A stretch of DNA of 41,721 nt, from the IMG/VR virus record IMGVR_UViG_3300029822_000023, positions 1 to 41,721 of that record; one strand, 5' to 3'. The notes under the pieces are model-generated. The model saw only the letters and a program-made list of their open reading frames with translations, was not told the origin of the DNA and searched no databases. Shown here piece after piece: positions 17,622 through 28,389 of this stretch. The translations under genes and the position numbers were made by a program. The stretch's first letter is position 1. The number at the start of each line of letters is the position of its first letter. The DNA comes from a virus (taxonomy: Duplodnaviria; Caudoviricetes).

Positions 17622-19018
17622 AAGTATTTGAAAATTATGCCATACTAGAAGGTAGTAATCCTGCAATTGTAGTTGAATCTAACAGGGCAAAAGATATAAC
17701 AGTTGACTCTGATGGTAAAACACCAATTCAGGTAATACCTAAGGGAGCAAAAAATCAGATCGATTTTTATCCATGGGGAAAAGACAATGATTTGCCTAAC
17801 AAGTTGATTAAATATGCATTTAAGAATAATATTGTAGCATCTAACCTAGATTTTAACAGCAATATAGGTCACGGTGAAGCCGCCATACCTGTGAAAGTTT
17901 CAGTAGACGAGATTTCCGGTAAATTAAAACACACACCTATCTTACGTAATTCGCAAGATAAAGATATCACTGCCGTTTTCGACTTCTTAGATGATAACAA
18001 CTTCCCTCTTGTTCAGCAGGAAATTGGTAGTGATCTAGCGTTGCTTCATAATTGTTTTGTGGAGTTTATATTTAACACGACAGGTACAAAGATCGTTCAG
18101 ATGACATTTAAAGAGGCAGCATACAGCCGCTTATCTGTAATGAACGATGATGGTCAAATTGAATATCACGGTTACAGTTCTAAGTGGGGAGAAGAATCTG
18201 CTCCTGAAGATGTTGTGACAACTCCAATACTCGACTATGATAATCCACTTCTTGATCTTAAAATTCGTCTAGGCTTGAAAGCAGGTCCAAAAGGAAAACA
18301 GAAAAAAACAAAAGATCGCCGTTTTATTCTTCACCTGGGCAGACCGTCACCTGGGAAGTTTTACTACCAAAAGGCTTATTGGTGGTCTATTTTTGAAAGT
18401 CACTGGTATGATCTAAGCTGTGCAATTCCAGAATTTAAAATGAACCTTCTAAGTAACCAGATGGTACTCAAATATCATATCGAGGTTCGAAAAGGTTTTT
18501 TTGACGATTTGTATAAAGCAGAAAAAATAACAGACGAAAAAAAACAAAAAGAAAGACAAAAAGAGTTTTACCAGCAGCTAGAGGATTTTCTTTCCGGAAA
18601 AGAAAATGCAGGTAAAAACTTCACTTCAGAAATAGACTATGGTTCTTTAGGAAAGGAAGTGTCTAGATCTGACATAAAATTCACTCCGATAGAGTCATTT
18701 ATTAAAGGTGGTGAATACATAGAGGACAGCGAAGAGGCCAGCAATGCCATCTGTTACGCAATGGGCGTACACCCGAGTCTTCAAGGTGCATCACCCGGTA
18801 AAAATAAAAATATTAACGGCACTGAAGCAAGAGAGCTATTCATCATTAAGCAAAGTCTAATGAAACCTGTTCGTGAATTATTGGTTCAGCCACTGAAAAT
18901 AGTTAAGGCAATAAATAAATGGCCGGATGATATCGACTTTATTATCCCGAATATAATGCTCACAACATTGGATAAAAACACCGGTGCTGAAAAACAAATA
19001 GGTAACCCAGAAGTGTAA
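17618..19018 (+). CDS. Putative portal protein
   Basis: 466 aa; portal-like ICYAMGVHPSLQG motif; precedes neck-like genes. Confidence 0.75.
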   Translation: MKVFENYAILEGSNPAIVVESNRAKDITVDSDGKTPIQVIPKGAKNQIDFYPWGKDNDLPNKLIKYAFKNNIVASNLDFNSNIGHGEAAIPVKVSVDEISGKLKHTPILRNSQDKDITAVFDFLDDNNFPLVQQEIGSDLALLHNCFVEFIFNTTGTKIVQMTFKEAAYSRLSVMNDDGQIEYHGYSSKWGEESAPEDVVTTPILDYDNPLLDLKIRLGLKAGPKGKQKKTKDRRFILHLGRPSPGKFYYQKAYWWSIFESHWYDLSCAIPEFKMNLLSNQMVLKYHIEVRKGFFDDLYKAEKITDEKKQKERQKEFYQQLEDFLSGKENAGKNFTSEIDYGSLGKEVSRSDIKFTPIESFIKGGEYIEDSEEASNAICYAMGVHPSLQGASPGKNKNINGTEARELFIIKQSLMKPVRELLVQPLKIVKAINKWPDDIDFIIPNIMLTTLDKNTGAEKQIGNPEV

Positions 19019-19023
19019 AAAAT

Positions 19024-19923
19024 ATGGAAACATTAATAAAATCTACAGCTGAACTTCAGAAGTATGTAAAGGTAAACAAGTCGATGAATTTTGAAATGTT
19101 TCGTTCTTTTCTCATCGATGCCCAGGACAAGTATATACTACCATACATAGGTCAGGAAACTATTGATCAGATAAAAGACTCAGAAAGTGATAAGCTACGC
19201 GAATATCTTTGCCGTGTTCTTGCCCCATTTGCAATGGCTTCAGCTACAGATGAGTTTAGTATAGGTTTCGGAGAGAGCGGGCACACTGTTGCCCGGAGCG
19301 AGGTTTTGGCTCCAGCTTCAGATGCGAAAATTGAGAAGGCAAAGGAGAGCCTTTACAAGCGAGGTTGGAGTAATATGGATACAGCTCTTAAGTATCTTGA
19401 AAAGCAAAAAGAAACATATCCTGACTGGGCAAACAACCGACAGATATCAACCAAGTTGTTTGAAAATGCATCGGAGTTTCAGGAAAAAGGTTTAGTCGAT
19501 ATAGATAACAGCCCTCTCACATTTCACCATATGCGTATGCTGATACTTCGCATAGAGAGCAGTGAGACATTCAAGCTTCTACCTGAAGAAATGCAGGATA
19601 ATTTCAATAAAAGTGAAGTGGCAAAAATCACTGATGCTATGCAGGCTTATACCGGTTCACGTGTGGCGGCTCTCCATACATCGCAGTCAACAAAGATGCA
19701 ACGCTCTAAACCCGCAAATGGAGTTGAATTCAAACCTACAATAAGACCATTATATGATGATATAGAACAAACGGGCAACTATTTTGCTGAGCAGGCAATT
19801 TATTGGCGTGGCGTGCTTGATGAAGCCTTGGTGGAAAATGATAAAAAGTCGGAAGATGAGAATAAAATGAAATTTAATGGCCCGGATCGTAAATTATTTG
19901 TTGCAACAGCTTCCAGATTATGA
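19024..19923 (+). CDS. Putative head-tail adaptor protein
   Basis: Helical 299-aa protein directly after the portal gene. Confidence 0.5.
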   Translation: METLIKSTAELQKYVKVNKSMNFEMFRSFLIDAQDKYILPYIGQETIDQIKDSESDKLREYLCRVLAPFAMASATDEFSIGFGESGHTVARSEVLAPASDAKIEKAKESLYKRGWSNMDTALKYLEKQKETYPDWANNRQISTKLFENASEFQEKGLVDIDNSPLTFHHMRMLILRIESSETFKLLPEEMQDNFNKSEVAKITDAMQAYTGSRVAALHTSQSTKMQRSKPANGVEFKPTIRPLYDDIEQTGNYFAEQAIYWRGVLDEALVENDKKSEDENKMKFNGPDRKLFVATASRL

Positions 19924-20723
19924 TAAAGATTAGAATTCAAGATGCTACTTATGAAGTGCCGGCCAGTTGGGACGAAATGACAAAAGAACAATTAGTTTTT
20001 TTGATCAAGCTTTCCATGAAATCTAAAATATCTTATGTGGAAATGCAACTGAAGTTTTTCCTGTACTGCATAAAGGCTACCGTTCGTGAGAATGTTGGTT
20101 TTGGTTTATTTTTGATTAAGACGTCAAAAGGATGTCATGCATTGTTTTCCGATGAACTTACTGCTGTTCTTACAACGTTTGATTATTTATTTGATAAAAA
20201 TGAAGACAATATATACCAGCTCACTCCCAGACTTACTGAAAATCACTTCAAACGTGTAAAGTGCAGGTGTAAGTATTTGTATGGGCCGGGTGATGCTCTG
20301 GAAGACATTACTTATGAAAAATTTGTCTGGCTGCAGACTTGGCAAAGCCAGTTAAATGTTAATCCGGATGCCGTTAATCAATTCATCAATGTAATTTATG
20401 CAACTAAATCGGACAAACGCAGCTTGTCGTCCGTACGTCGTATGTCAAAAATAGCCAAGACTGGAATTCTCTGGTACTTTCAAGGCACAATGTCATTCCT
20501 TCATCAGCAATTTCCACATGTGTTCACTTCCGGGGATGATAATAAAAAAACAAATGTTTTTGATTATCAGCAACGCATAATTGACTCCCTGGCTGAAGGT
20601 GACGTGACTAAAAAGAAACAGGTACGCCAGTCACTTTTGTATGATGCTCTTTACAGCATGGAAATGGCAGCTATACGACTTGAAGATATGGAAAAAGAAC
20701 ATCGGAAACGCTCAAAAAAATAA
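19920..20723 (+). CDS. Hypothetical protein (morphogenesis region)
   Basis: 267-aa ORF, ATGA-coupled. Confidence 0.7.
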   Translation: MIKIRIQDATYEVPASWDEMTKEQLVFLIKLSMKSKISYVEMQLKFFLYCIKATVRENVGFGLFLIKTSKGCHALFSDELTAVLTTFDYLFDKNEDNIYQLTPRLTENHFKRVKCRCKYLYGPGDALEDITYEKFVWLQTWQSQLNVNPDAVNQFINVIYATKSDKRSLSSVRRMSKIAKTGILWYFQGTMSFLHQQFPHVFTSGDDNKKTNVFDYQQRIIDSLAEGDVTKKKQVRQSLLYDALYSMEMAAIRLEDMEKEHRKRSKK

Positions 20724-20726
20724 GTT

Positions 20727-21221
20727 ATGAAATATAATCATTTTGAATATACTGAAATGTTGGCCAGGCAACTTATCCCTATATCACATACTGACACTGA
20801 CCGTCATTACTTTAGAGCTTCAGAAGAATCTGAGCTTAAAGAGCTTAATGAAATGATGTCACAGGCTCACGGAATGATAATGATTGCTATTGACGGCAAA
20901 AATTCAGAATTTGGGTTCAACTTAGCCGACAATCTTATAGAGAAATCAGGTTTTAGTTTAGTTATAGCTAAACAAACAGCTTCATCGGATACAGACACGA
21001 TATTCCAGGCTCAAAAAGACAGTTACAATGTCATGATGAATATTGTAGCCAGATACATGAGAGATTATCAGCATTCAAATTATGGTTGTGATTTTCTGGA
21101 TCCTGAAAGTTTTGCTTTCGAAGGCTTTGGTCCAATCGGAGATCTCTTTTACGGGGTTATTCTTGATTTCTATTTAGAGACAGGAGTGAATTACAAAATA
21201 AACCCTGAAATGTGGAAATAA
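20727..21221 (+). CDS. Hypothetical protein, possible tail completion
   Basis: 164-aa acidic ORF; function inferred from position only. Confidence 0.6.
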   Translation: MKYNHFEYTEMLARQLIPISHTDTDRHYFRASEESELKELNEMMSQAHGMIMIAIDGKNSEFGFNLADNLIEKSGFSLVIAKQTASSDTDTIFQAQKDSYNVMMNIVARYMRDYQHSNYGCDFLDPESFAFEGFGPIGDLFYGVILDFYLETGVNYKINPEMWK

Positions 21222-21222
21222 T

Positions 21223-21810
21223 ATGAGTTATCAAAAGCGAAGAATAGAGGCAGGCGAACATCGCCGAAAATTATCCAATCAAATAAGGGGTTCCAGGAGA
21301 TTATCAAGTCTTCCTTTTGAACTTTCCCTAGAGAGTAGCTCCGAAGTAGATAAGTTTCAACGTTCACAGGACCGTGATAGACAAAAGGAGTTTAACAAAG
21401 AAGTTAGAGATTGGAGTAATAAAAGTACTTCAGCACTCAAAGGATCTGTCTCAAGATTGATAAAACGTAACGTATCACTATCGGCATCAATAAAGGCGAA
21501 CTTATATTATGACAGAAAATATGCAAGTGAGGTCAATCGTGTTGGATTTTCATTTGTACGTGAAGGAATCTATATTCATAAAGGAGCTGGTCGCGGTCAG
21601 GGTGGTCATATCGGCGGACGCTGGATAGATCGTTATGGTAATCAAAAAACACGTGCTGAAGAGAGCGCCGGTAAACAAGGCAAAGGAAACCGTCAGCCAA
21701 TTTTGTGGTTCGATCCGGTAATTGATAATAGACTCCCCCAGTTGGCAGATTTAGTTGCTGATTATTCAGCAACAATGCAGATAAATGCGACGAATCTATT
21801 TATCGACTAA
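21223..21810 (+). CDS. Basic hypothetical protein, possible neck/tail completion
   Basis: R/G-rich (HKGAGRGQGG...RQPILWFDPV); function inferred from position only. Confidence 0.6.
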   Translation: MSYQKRRIEAGEHRRKLSNQIRGSRRLSSLPFELSLESSSEVDKFQRSQDRDRQKEFNKEVRDWSNKSTSALKGSVSRLIKRNVSLSASIKANLYYDRKYASEVNRVGFSFVREGIYIHKGAGRGQGGHIGGRWIDRYGNQKTRAEESAGKQGKGNRQPILWFDPVIDNRLPQLADLVADYSATMQINATNLFID

Positions 21811-21812
21811 CT

Positions 21813-21847
21813 GTCCTTTGATGTAGCCTTTATTTAAAGGAAATTTG
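21813..21847 (+). promoter_or_regulatory. Candidate late promoter motif, copy 3
   Basis: GTCCTTT at 21813; GAAATTTG ending 21847. Confidence 0.6.
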
Positions 21848-21857
21848 AAATAAAAAC

Positions 21858-22349
21858 ATGGATAGACTTACCAAAACTGCCATTATGGAAAACTTTGTTG
21901 ATAGATTGAAAGAACTGATGTATTTGATTGTCGCTGGAATTGGTTCAGCCCTATTGCCGGTACAAGACATTTTAATTTTACTCTCTATGGGTTTCGTGTT
22001 TAATATTTTTACAGGAATAGTCACCGACATACACGTGAATCACGCACGATTTGACATAAAAAAAGCATTCAGTGCAATTACACAGCTTACATTTTACGCC
22101 ACATGTGTAGTGTTTTTGAATCACGGTGCAAAACTCCTGGATGAACCACAGATGGGTATTGTAGCTGTCAAATGGGTAACAATGATTGTAATATACTTTT
22201 ATTTCACTAATATTTTAAAAAACGCAAAGCAAGTTTATCCACGTAATTTAGCTATAAGTTTCATTTACGAAATCTTATCTACTGAAATATTTACACGCTT
22301 GAAAGAGACAATTGGTATTAAAAATAACAACGATGAGAAAGATAAATAA
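21858..22349 (+). CDS. Putative holin
   Basis: 3-4 hydrophobic segments, charged tail, overlaps the endolysin gene. Confidence 0.7.
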   Translation: MDRLTKTAIMENFVDRLKELMYLIVAGIGSALLPVQDILILLSMGFVFNIFTGIVTDIHVNHARFDIKKAFSAITQLTFYATCVVFLNHGAKLLDEPQMGIVAVKWVTMIVIYFYFTNILKNAKQVYPRNLAISFIYEILSTEIFTRLKETIGIKNNNDEKDK

Positions 22350-22731
22350 AATAATAATCCACTGCTCTGCAACCCCTGAAGGAAGGCATGTAACAGTACA
22401 GGATATAGACCGTTGGCATAGAGATCGGGGATTCTCGCAAATTGGATATCACTGGGTCATTTACCTGGACGGATCAATCCACAAAGGTAGATCAGAAGAA
22501 ATTGCCGGAGCTCATGTGGTTGGCCATAATGCAAACAGTGTTGGTATATGCTATATTGGCGGTGTAGATGAAATGATGCGTCCAAAAGACACCAGAACAA
22601 AAGAGCAACGAGCAACCATGCGAAGTTTGGTTAGTTCTCTCAAAAATAAATATCCTGATGCAACAGCCCACGGACATAATGAGTTTGCTGCAAAGGCTTG
22701 TCCAAGTTTCGATGTAAAAAAAGAATTTTAA
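22333..22731 (+). CDS. Endolysin, N-acetylmuramoyl-L-alanine amidase (T7-lysozyme-like)
   Basis: IIIHCSAT, IGYH, GAHVVGHN, GICYIGG, GHNEFAAKACPSF. Confidence 0.93.
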   Translation: MRKINKIIIHCSATPEGRHVTVQDIDRWHRDRGFSQIGYHWVIYLDGSIHKGRSEEIAGAHVVGHNANSVGICYIGGVDEMMRPKDTRTKEQRATMRSLVSSLKNKYPDATAHGHNEFAAKACPSFDVKKEF

Positions 22732-22737
22732 AAATAT

Positions 22738-23262
22738 ATGAGAAATGATTCTAGAAATATTTTCAATCGTAGTAGTATGCTTATTAGTACTATTATTCTT
22801 TTGGCTCTATTATCGCTTATTGGTTGCCGTAGTAAAAGAAATACATCCCGATATGAATTACATACTGTGGGATCTGAGCGAGTGGAACGAGTCATTGATT
22901 CAATTCGAATTGTGGAAGACAATCAACAAACAACAGAACGAAGAGGATCAGAAACTGATCAATCATTCAGCCGGATTACTGAATTCGACTCAACAGGAAC
23001 AGTACGACGCATACAGGAAACGTGGCGGGACCGACAGCGAGTCGGCCTGGTTACAGAAGAGCGATCTGGACGAACTGTTTCCGTAACAGAAACAGATCAG
23101 CAGCTCACCATTCGCGATACAACATCAACTGTAACAAGCGAAGTTGTAGAAGTAAAAACAGATTCTCGTCCCATCCAGGGCTTTGAATGGTTTTGGGTAG
23201 TGCTCTCCGCAGTACTCGTTTTAACGGTAATAATTTACATAATATATAACAGACTCAAATAA
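22738..23262 (+). CDS. Lipoprotein with C-terminal TM helix, putative unimolecular spanin
   Basis: LLSLIG-C lipobox; C-terminal WFWVVLSAVLVLTVIIYIIY; follows the endolysin. Confidence 0.65.
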   Translation: MRNDSRNIFNRSSMLISTIILLALLSLIGCRSKRNTSRYELHTVGSERVERVIDSIRIVEDNQQTTERRGSETDQSFSRITEFDSTGTVRRIQETWRDRQRVGLVTEERSGRTVSVTETDQQLTIRDTTSTVTSEVVEVKTDSRPIQGFEWFWVVLSAVLVLTVIIYIIYNRLK

Positions 23263-24833
23263 TGGTTATAATTCAACAACCGGATGCATTATCGATGTCA
23301 GGCAACATGAAGAAATTCATTGTGAGCTCCGGCACTCAGATCACCTTTGAATTGAAAGAAGGTGATACTGTTTTGCTTTCTGCTACTTATGAGCCGGGTA
23401 TGGATGGGCGTGCTACTATAGATATTAAAGACATCATTGAAAGTCGTCTTAATTATATTATTAAGTATGATAATAGTTATGAGCAAACAGAGTTGGTGAA
23501 GTCTTTTACTGCCACAATTGACGGCGTGGCATCTGTTTTCAAAGTTATTCGTTCCGGAGTGGCCAACCTGCAGGATACTCCGGCCAACTGGCTTAAGAAT
23601 AACTTTTTGACATGGCAGCCACAAAATAAGTACGTCACATATAACTCTCCTGAATGGCTTACTTACTTTGCTCAAACTGCATGTAATATAATGTTGAAGG
23701 CATACCTTCCCTGCAACACAGTTCAAAATATTAATCTGGGTGCTTGTGAACCCGGGAAGGCCTTCACTTTTAATTTGCAATACGCACATATAGCAGGTAA
23801 ATTAAATCAGCAGTATCCCACTCATTTTGATGTGTGGGCAGAAACAACAGCCGGGATAAGACTCACGTTCATACAGCGATATCTTTACAGCGATCCAAAA
23901 TCTGAGCAGGAGCAGTGGTTTATGTTTGAAAACAGCCTGGGCGGACTTGACACCATTCGTGCTTCCGGTGACATTGATTTCACTGGCCAGCACGATCATA
24001 AATTGTCAGTAGTTGATGATTTCTCTGCTGAGTATGATATCGACTCAGAACGCACTTACGACAAGAGTACCGGCTACCTCGATAATTATGAACGCCTCTG
24101 GTTACTTGATTTCTTTCCATCTAAAAAGAAATATATTTATCACCTGTCAGCCATACGTGCGATAGTGGTGACAGATAGCGACGTGAAGTATACGTCTTCT
24201 GATCTGCCATCAGAGTACAACTTTACCTACAAATTTTCCGATGCTGACACCTCGGTTCTGTTAAACTTAATTCGAAATGAAGACATTCCGGCGGATATAA
24301 CCATACCAAACCTTGACTCGCCGGATTTTCATTTACCCCCTCGGCTGAGTGAGTACCCGCTAGCTTACCTTCACGAGGGGGTAATTTTTCCTGTGTTTGA
24401 TCCAAATTCGGAGCAGGCACAGATAACTACGTTCGGCAGATTGGTTGAACGTATTACGCAAGATGTATCGATTGCTGTTAAAGATAAAAGGCTATCGATG
24501 CGATTTCAGTTTTCAAATGGTAATTCATTTGCAAATACTCCATGGCAGACAACCGTAACGGTTCATGTCTTCCGGGGCTTTGACGAAATTACTGCCTCCA
24601 TTCCTGCAGAAAACTGGGATTGGACTAGAGCTACTACTGATCCGATTGATGATAATGCCTGGAATATATCACATGATAGAGTGACAGATACGCTTACTCT
24701 TCGCATGGATGATCAGCAGAATGATTTCGGTAATAATATTTTTAAAGACCGTCAGTGTACATTTACTGTAACGGTTTTGGTACCTGACTCAGGAGAAACA
24801 ATTTCACATACATTCAATTATGCGCCTTACTAG
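23262..24833 (+). CDS. Putative tail protein
   Basis: 523-aa beta-rich ORF in the tail region. Confidence 0.6.
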   Translation: MVIIQQPDALSMSGNMKKFIVSSGTQITFELKEGDTVLLSATYEPGMDGRATIDIKDIIESRLNYIIKYDNSYEQTELVKSFTATIDGVASVFKVIRSGVANLQDTPANWLKNNFLTWQPQNKYVTYNSPEWLTYFAQTACNIMLKAYLPCNTVQNINLGACEPGKAFTFNLQYAHIAGKLNQQYPTHFDVWAETTAGIRLTFIQRYLYSDPKSEQEQWFMFENSLGGLDTIRASGDIDFTGQHDHKLSVVDDFSAEYDIDSERTYDKSTGYLDNYERLWLLDFFPSKKKYIYHLSAIRAIVVTDSDVKYTSSDLPSEYNFTYKFSDADTSVLLNLIRNEDIPADITIPNLDSPDFHLPPRLSEYPLAYLHEGVIFPVFDPNSEQAQITTFGRLVERITQDVSIAVKDKRLSMRFQFSNGNSFANTPWQTTVTVHVFRGFDEITASIPAENWDWTRATTDPIDDNAWNISHDRVTDTLTLRMDDQQNDFGNNIFKDRQCTFTVTVLVPDSGETISHTFNYAPY

Positions 24834-25941
24834 TGATTTAATACGAAATTTCAGTCCGCTCAACAAAACATTTTCACTTTTGGTTGAAGGTGGTGCGGTT
24901 ACGCAAATATACTACCCTGACAAAAATGAATGGGTACCTGATCATGCAATTACTCCGGTGGTAATTTATCCACGGTGCAGTATCGTCGATCCTGATCAGA
25001 TACTTCCAAATGGACTGGTAAATAAAGAACTCAGCGGCATTACTTGGCGTGCAAATGGGAGTAGTGTTGCAGGTAACAGCAATTATCAGATAGATACTTC
25101 TACCGGTGATAGCCGGGGAACATTGCTGGTAATGCAAAATGTACCTGCAGGTCAGCAAATAGAACTGGAATTTGAAGCTCAGTATTTCGACACACGCACG
25201 GGAGACTGGATCAAGTTTGCCGGCAATATGATGTTGAACACCAATATTGCGGCCAATGAAATTATCTCTATTGAGGTTGACAGCCCTGCAGTAGTGGAAT
25301 ATAATCCTATTGCGGAACAGTTTTTATTTAAATTAACTCCGACATCCAGGCTTGGCGGTATCCAGATAACCGGTGCTAATACTAAATATTTTCTTAAGAT
25401 ATTAGAAAACGGAATTGAGCGAGAGGTTGATCCAATTGATGATCTTGAGTTTCAAAGCATCGATGCTGAAGGCGTATGCACTTTTGACATGAGATTTGTT
25501 CCGGAGAAAAAGAACTACAGATTGTATGTAGATTACGTGCGTACAGGTGATGTTGTCCCGGCAGCTCCAACTGCACGTGCTGCACTTATTGATTTTTCTC
25601 TTCGTCGCAGATATGAACCCTTTACTATTGATCTGAAAGATTTCGGACCAATACAGCCATGGCAACGACAGTATTATATTGAGGCAGTAATAATTTTAGC
25701 ATCTTCCGGCCAGATATTATCAGAGCCTAATCGATTCTTCAATATTGAGTATCTCTACAAGCATATAGGAGTTGAGCAGCATATTGCTTATGGCAATAAT
25801 GCCACGCTTGATATACCGGCATATATGATAAGCTTTGATTCTCAAATATTGCTCGACATTGAAGAGAAAAGTCAATTGATGGCTTTATCAAATGCAGGCT
25901 TTGTTTTGACAGACAATGGTAAGGTACTAGTAACAAATTAG
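24820..25941 (+). CDS. Putative tail/baseplate protein
   Basis: 373-aa beta-rich ORF overlapping the upstream gene. Confidence 0.55.
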   Translation: MRLTSDLIRNFSPLNKTFSLLVEGGAVTQIYYPDKNEWVPDHAITPVVIYPRCSIVDPDQILPNGLVNKELSGITWRANGSSVAGNSNYQIDTSTGDSRGTLLVMQNVPAGQQIELEFEAQYFDTRTGDWIKFAGNMMLNTNIAANEIISIEVDSPAVVEYNPIAEQFLFKLTPTSRLGGIQITGANTKYFLKILENGIEREVDPIDDLEFQSIDAEGVCTFDMRFVPEKKNYRLYVDYVRTGDVVPAAPTARAALIDFSLRRRYEPFTIDLKDFGPIQPWQRQYYIEAVIILASSGQILSEPNRFFNIEYLYKHIGVEQHIAYGNNATLDIPAYMISFDSQILLDIEEKSQLMALSNAGFVLTDNGKVLVTN

Positions 25942-25945
25942 AATT

Positions 25946-26167
25946 ATGAACTACGCAAAAATAAAAATTTCATCACTGCCCGATCCGGCAATAGCTAACC
26001 GTCGTCTTGCTTATAACGGATATATTTTAATAAATGAAAAGGATGTTGCAGGTTTCCATACAGGCACGTTCGAAGATTTTGTAATTAGCCTGGGCGGCAC
26101 ACTTCTTACAGCACACGAAGCAAAAGTTGAACTTTCAAAAAACAAATACAAATGGTACAGCAAGTAA
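25946..26167 (+). CDS. Hypothetical protein
   Basis: 73-aa ORF filling the gap between tail genes. Confidence 0.6.
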   Translation: MNYAKIKISSLPDPAIANRRLAYNGYILINEKDVAGFHTGTFEDFVISLGGTLLTAHEAKVELSKNKYKWYSK

Positions 26168-27195
26168 ATGATAGTTTCACCGTAATACTTCTATCAAAAG
26201 GAGATTCTCCAACGGTTTTTCTTGAAGCTAATCCGCTTCTTTGGCAAGGCATAAGCTCCGATGGGCTTACAATTGTTCCTGATTTCAAGATACCGGCCAA
26301 CCAACCGGTAATAAAACCAAAAATTTTATCTTCTCTGCAGTCTGCCTATATAAATATAATCCCTGAGTCAGATCGCTGGTGGTACAATGATCAGGAGCTT
26401 ACATTTGATGCAAATGGAAATGTAACTGCTCCTGCAGCTTATGTCGGACTTTTCAAAAGAGATAAAGTTGCCGGCACACTTAAGGTTATTGACAACCTGG
26501 TATCGATGACAAATAAAACTCCGGATACGATTAAATTTGAAGGAGTGATTGAGACTGGTGGCACCACAACTGTAGTTTCTCATACTATTCGCGTGCAAAT
26601 TGAAGAGATGGCCGGTTCAACATACTCAGGCCAGGTACAACTGTCATCTACTACCATTGATGCTCCGGATGCAGTGATAACTGCAACGGCCAGACTTTTT
26701 GCAGCAGCTGCAGAAATAACCACGGGATTTCAAGTTAATTATTATGAAGCGGTGCCACTCTCTCAGAATCCCAGCGGCTGGGTGCCTTTTAAACCCGGGT
26801 CCGGCAAAGTAGTTACGATTGGAGCAGTTGATGTAGACAGTCGTCAGCTATTCAAGGCAGATTTCATTGTCAACAGCAATGTAGTGTCCACGGTCATTTT
26901 TGCAATTTATGACACCCAGGATCCTTACATGATCAGCATGCCTTTCAAAACAAAATATATCACGAAAGATGAGTCAACCACAGCTACACTTAGTCTTATA
27001 GATCGGAAAACCGGAGCAACAGTATCCGGAGTAACCTGGGAAATGTGGCATCAAGATACACTTGGTAGAATAGTGGATATATCCACTCCTGTAGTGAATA
27101 ACGTGGTTACAATTAAAGGTAGCGATTTAGAACAGCTTAATAATGAAGGTGAAAAAATAGGTTCTATAAGAACTTATATCACAGCAACAAAATAA
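26152..27195 (+). CDS. Putative tail protein, Ig-like beta-rich
   Basis: T/V-rich 347-aa ORF. Confidence 0.55.
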   Translation: MVQQVNDSFTVILLSKGDSPTVFLEANPLLWQGISSDGLTIVPDFKIPANQPVIKPKILSSLQSAYINIIPESDRWWYNDQELTFDANGNVTAPAAYVGLFKRDKVAGTLKVIDNLVSMTNKTPDTIKFEGVIETGGTTTVVSHTIRVQIEEMAGSTYSGQVQLSSTTIDAPDAVITATARLFAAAAEITTGFQVNYYEAVPLSQNPSGWVPFKPGSGKVVTIGAVDVDSRQLFKADFIVNSNVVSTVIFAIYDTQDPYMISMPFKTKYITKDESTTATLSLIDRKTGATVSGVTWEMWHQDTLGRIVDISTPVVNNVVTIKGSDLEQLNNEGEKIGSIRTYITATK

Positions 27196-27200
27196 CACTT

Positions 27201-28379
27201 ATGGGTAAAAAATATCATAGTTATTTTGATGTAGGATTAATGCCAAAAGATGGGACACAAGGTGATCCCGGACCCACCTATTATCCTGCCGGGATTTATG
27301 ATGATACCATAGAATATGTACGTACTAAAATACATGCCCCTTATGTGATAACTTTAAGTGGCCAATATTATGTTCTTGAAAAGTTTGGAATAACAAAGGG
27401 TGTAGATCCGGAAACAGACACTACAGGAACATGGGTTATATTTGATTTTATAAAATATGCTTTTTTTGAAGTTGCGATGGTCAACTTTGGAAAGATAGCT
27501 GCTGCGGTTTTCTCAGGTTATGTAATGATGAGTCAGTATGGGATTGATGGGACAAATAATTATAAAAACTATTCCGGTGAAGCTGGTGCCTGGCAACCAA
27601 ATATACTATTCAATTTTTTAACAGGAGCTGGTCATTTAGCTGGTGGTAATATAAAATGGGATGAGTTTGGCAACTCCGTATTCACAGGTTCTATTCAATC
27701 TTCAGACCAAGGTAACAGGATTATTCTCGATGCAGGGAATCGAAATTTTAAAATGATAAATAGTTCGGATCAAGAGGTTTACAACTTGACTTTTTATGAA
27801 GAGCCTACAGGATTAGTTTCTTACGCCCAACTACAAATGAACCTTTGGCGAAATGGTATAAGAGAGGACTATATGACAATGTCTCCATTTGGTATATCAT
27901 TTAATAAATGGGAAGGTAACGATCCATGGGATGGTCAATTTTATGCTTTCGGAATGACAATCAGAAAAGGTTGGCAAGGTACCGCAAGTGAGCGTAGTGT
28001 AAATATAGAATTGTATGATGATCAATATCTCGAGATGAGAATGAAAGGATCAGTGATCTCAAATTTAGCTTTAAAACCAAGAATTATTATAGGCAGCACT
28101 TCTGTATGGCTGGATCACTGGGATGTTTTCGTGACATGCTACAACTCAGCAAATATTAATGTTTACTTACCTTCGTCTCCCTCTCTCGGTGCAATTAAAT
28201 TCATACGTAGAATGAACGCATCCAATGTTACTGTGATGGGAAACGGTAAGCAAATTTCACATGGAAATGGCTCTATATCATCGTCTATATCAGCTGGTGC
28301 AGGACGCGGTGACACGGCTGTGTTTTTTTGGGATGGTCAATATTGGTCATATAATTATTGGGTCAGAGATACAAATTAA
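27201..28379 (+). CDS. Putative tail fibre protein
   Basis: G/S/N-rich; GAGHLAGGNIKWD and C-terminal FWDGQYW fibre-like motifs. Confidence 0.6.
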   Translation: MGKKYHSYFDVGLMPKDGTQGDPGPTYYPAGIYDDTIEYVRTKIHAPYVITLSGQYYVLEKFGITKGVDPETDTTGTWVIFDFIKYAFFEVAMVNFGKIAAAVFSGYVMMSQYGIDGTNNYKNYSGEAGAWQPNILFNFLTGAGHLAGGNIKWDEFGNSVFTGSIQSSDQGNRIILDAGNRNFKMINSSDQEVYNLTFYEEPTGLVSYAQLQMNLWRNGIREDYMTMSPFGISFNKWEGNDPWDGQFYAFGMTIRKGWQGTASERSVNIELYDDQYLEMRMKGSVISNLALKPRIIIGSTSVWLDHWDVFVTCYNSANINVYLPSSPSLGAIKFIRRMNASNVTVMGNGKQISHGNGSISSSISAGAGRGDTAVFFWDGQYWSYNYWVRDTN

Positions 28380-28389
28380 TTTCAATAAT

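Noticed and set aside
23298-23789. 163-aa antisense ORF and similar antisense ORFs in structural genes
   Set aside because: Shadows of the well-supported plus-strand genes; no motifs or expression signals.
27201-28379. Second DGR target in the upstream fibre gene
   Set aside because: Its 3' end has normal adenine content and no similarity to the VR.
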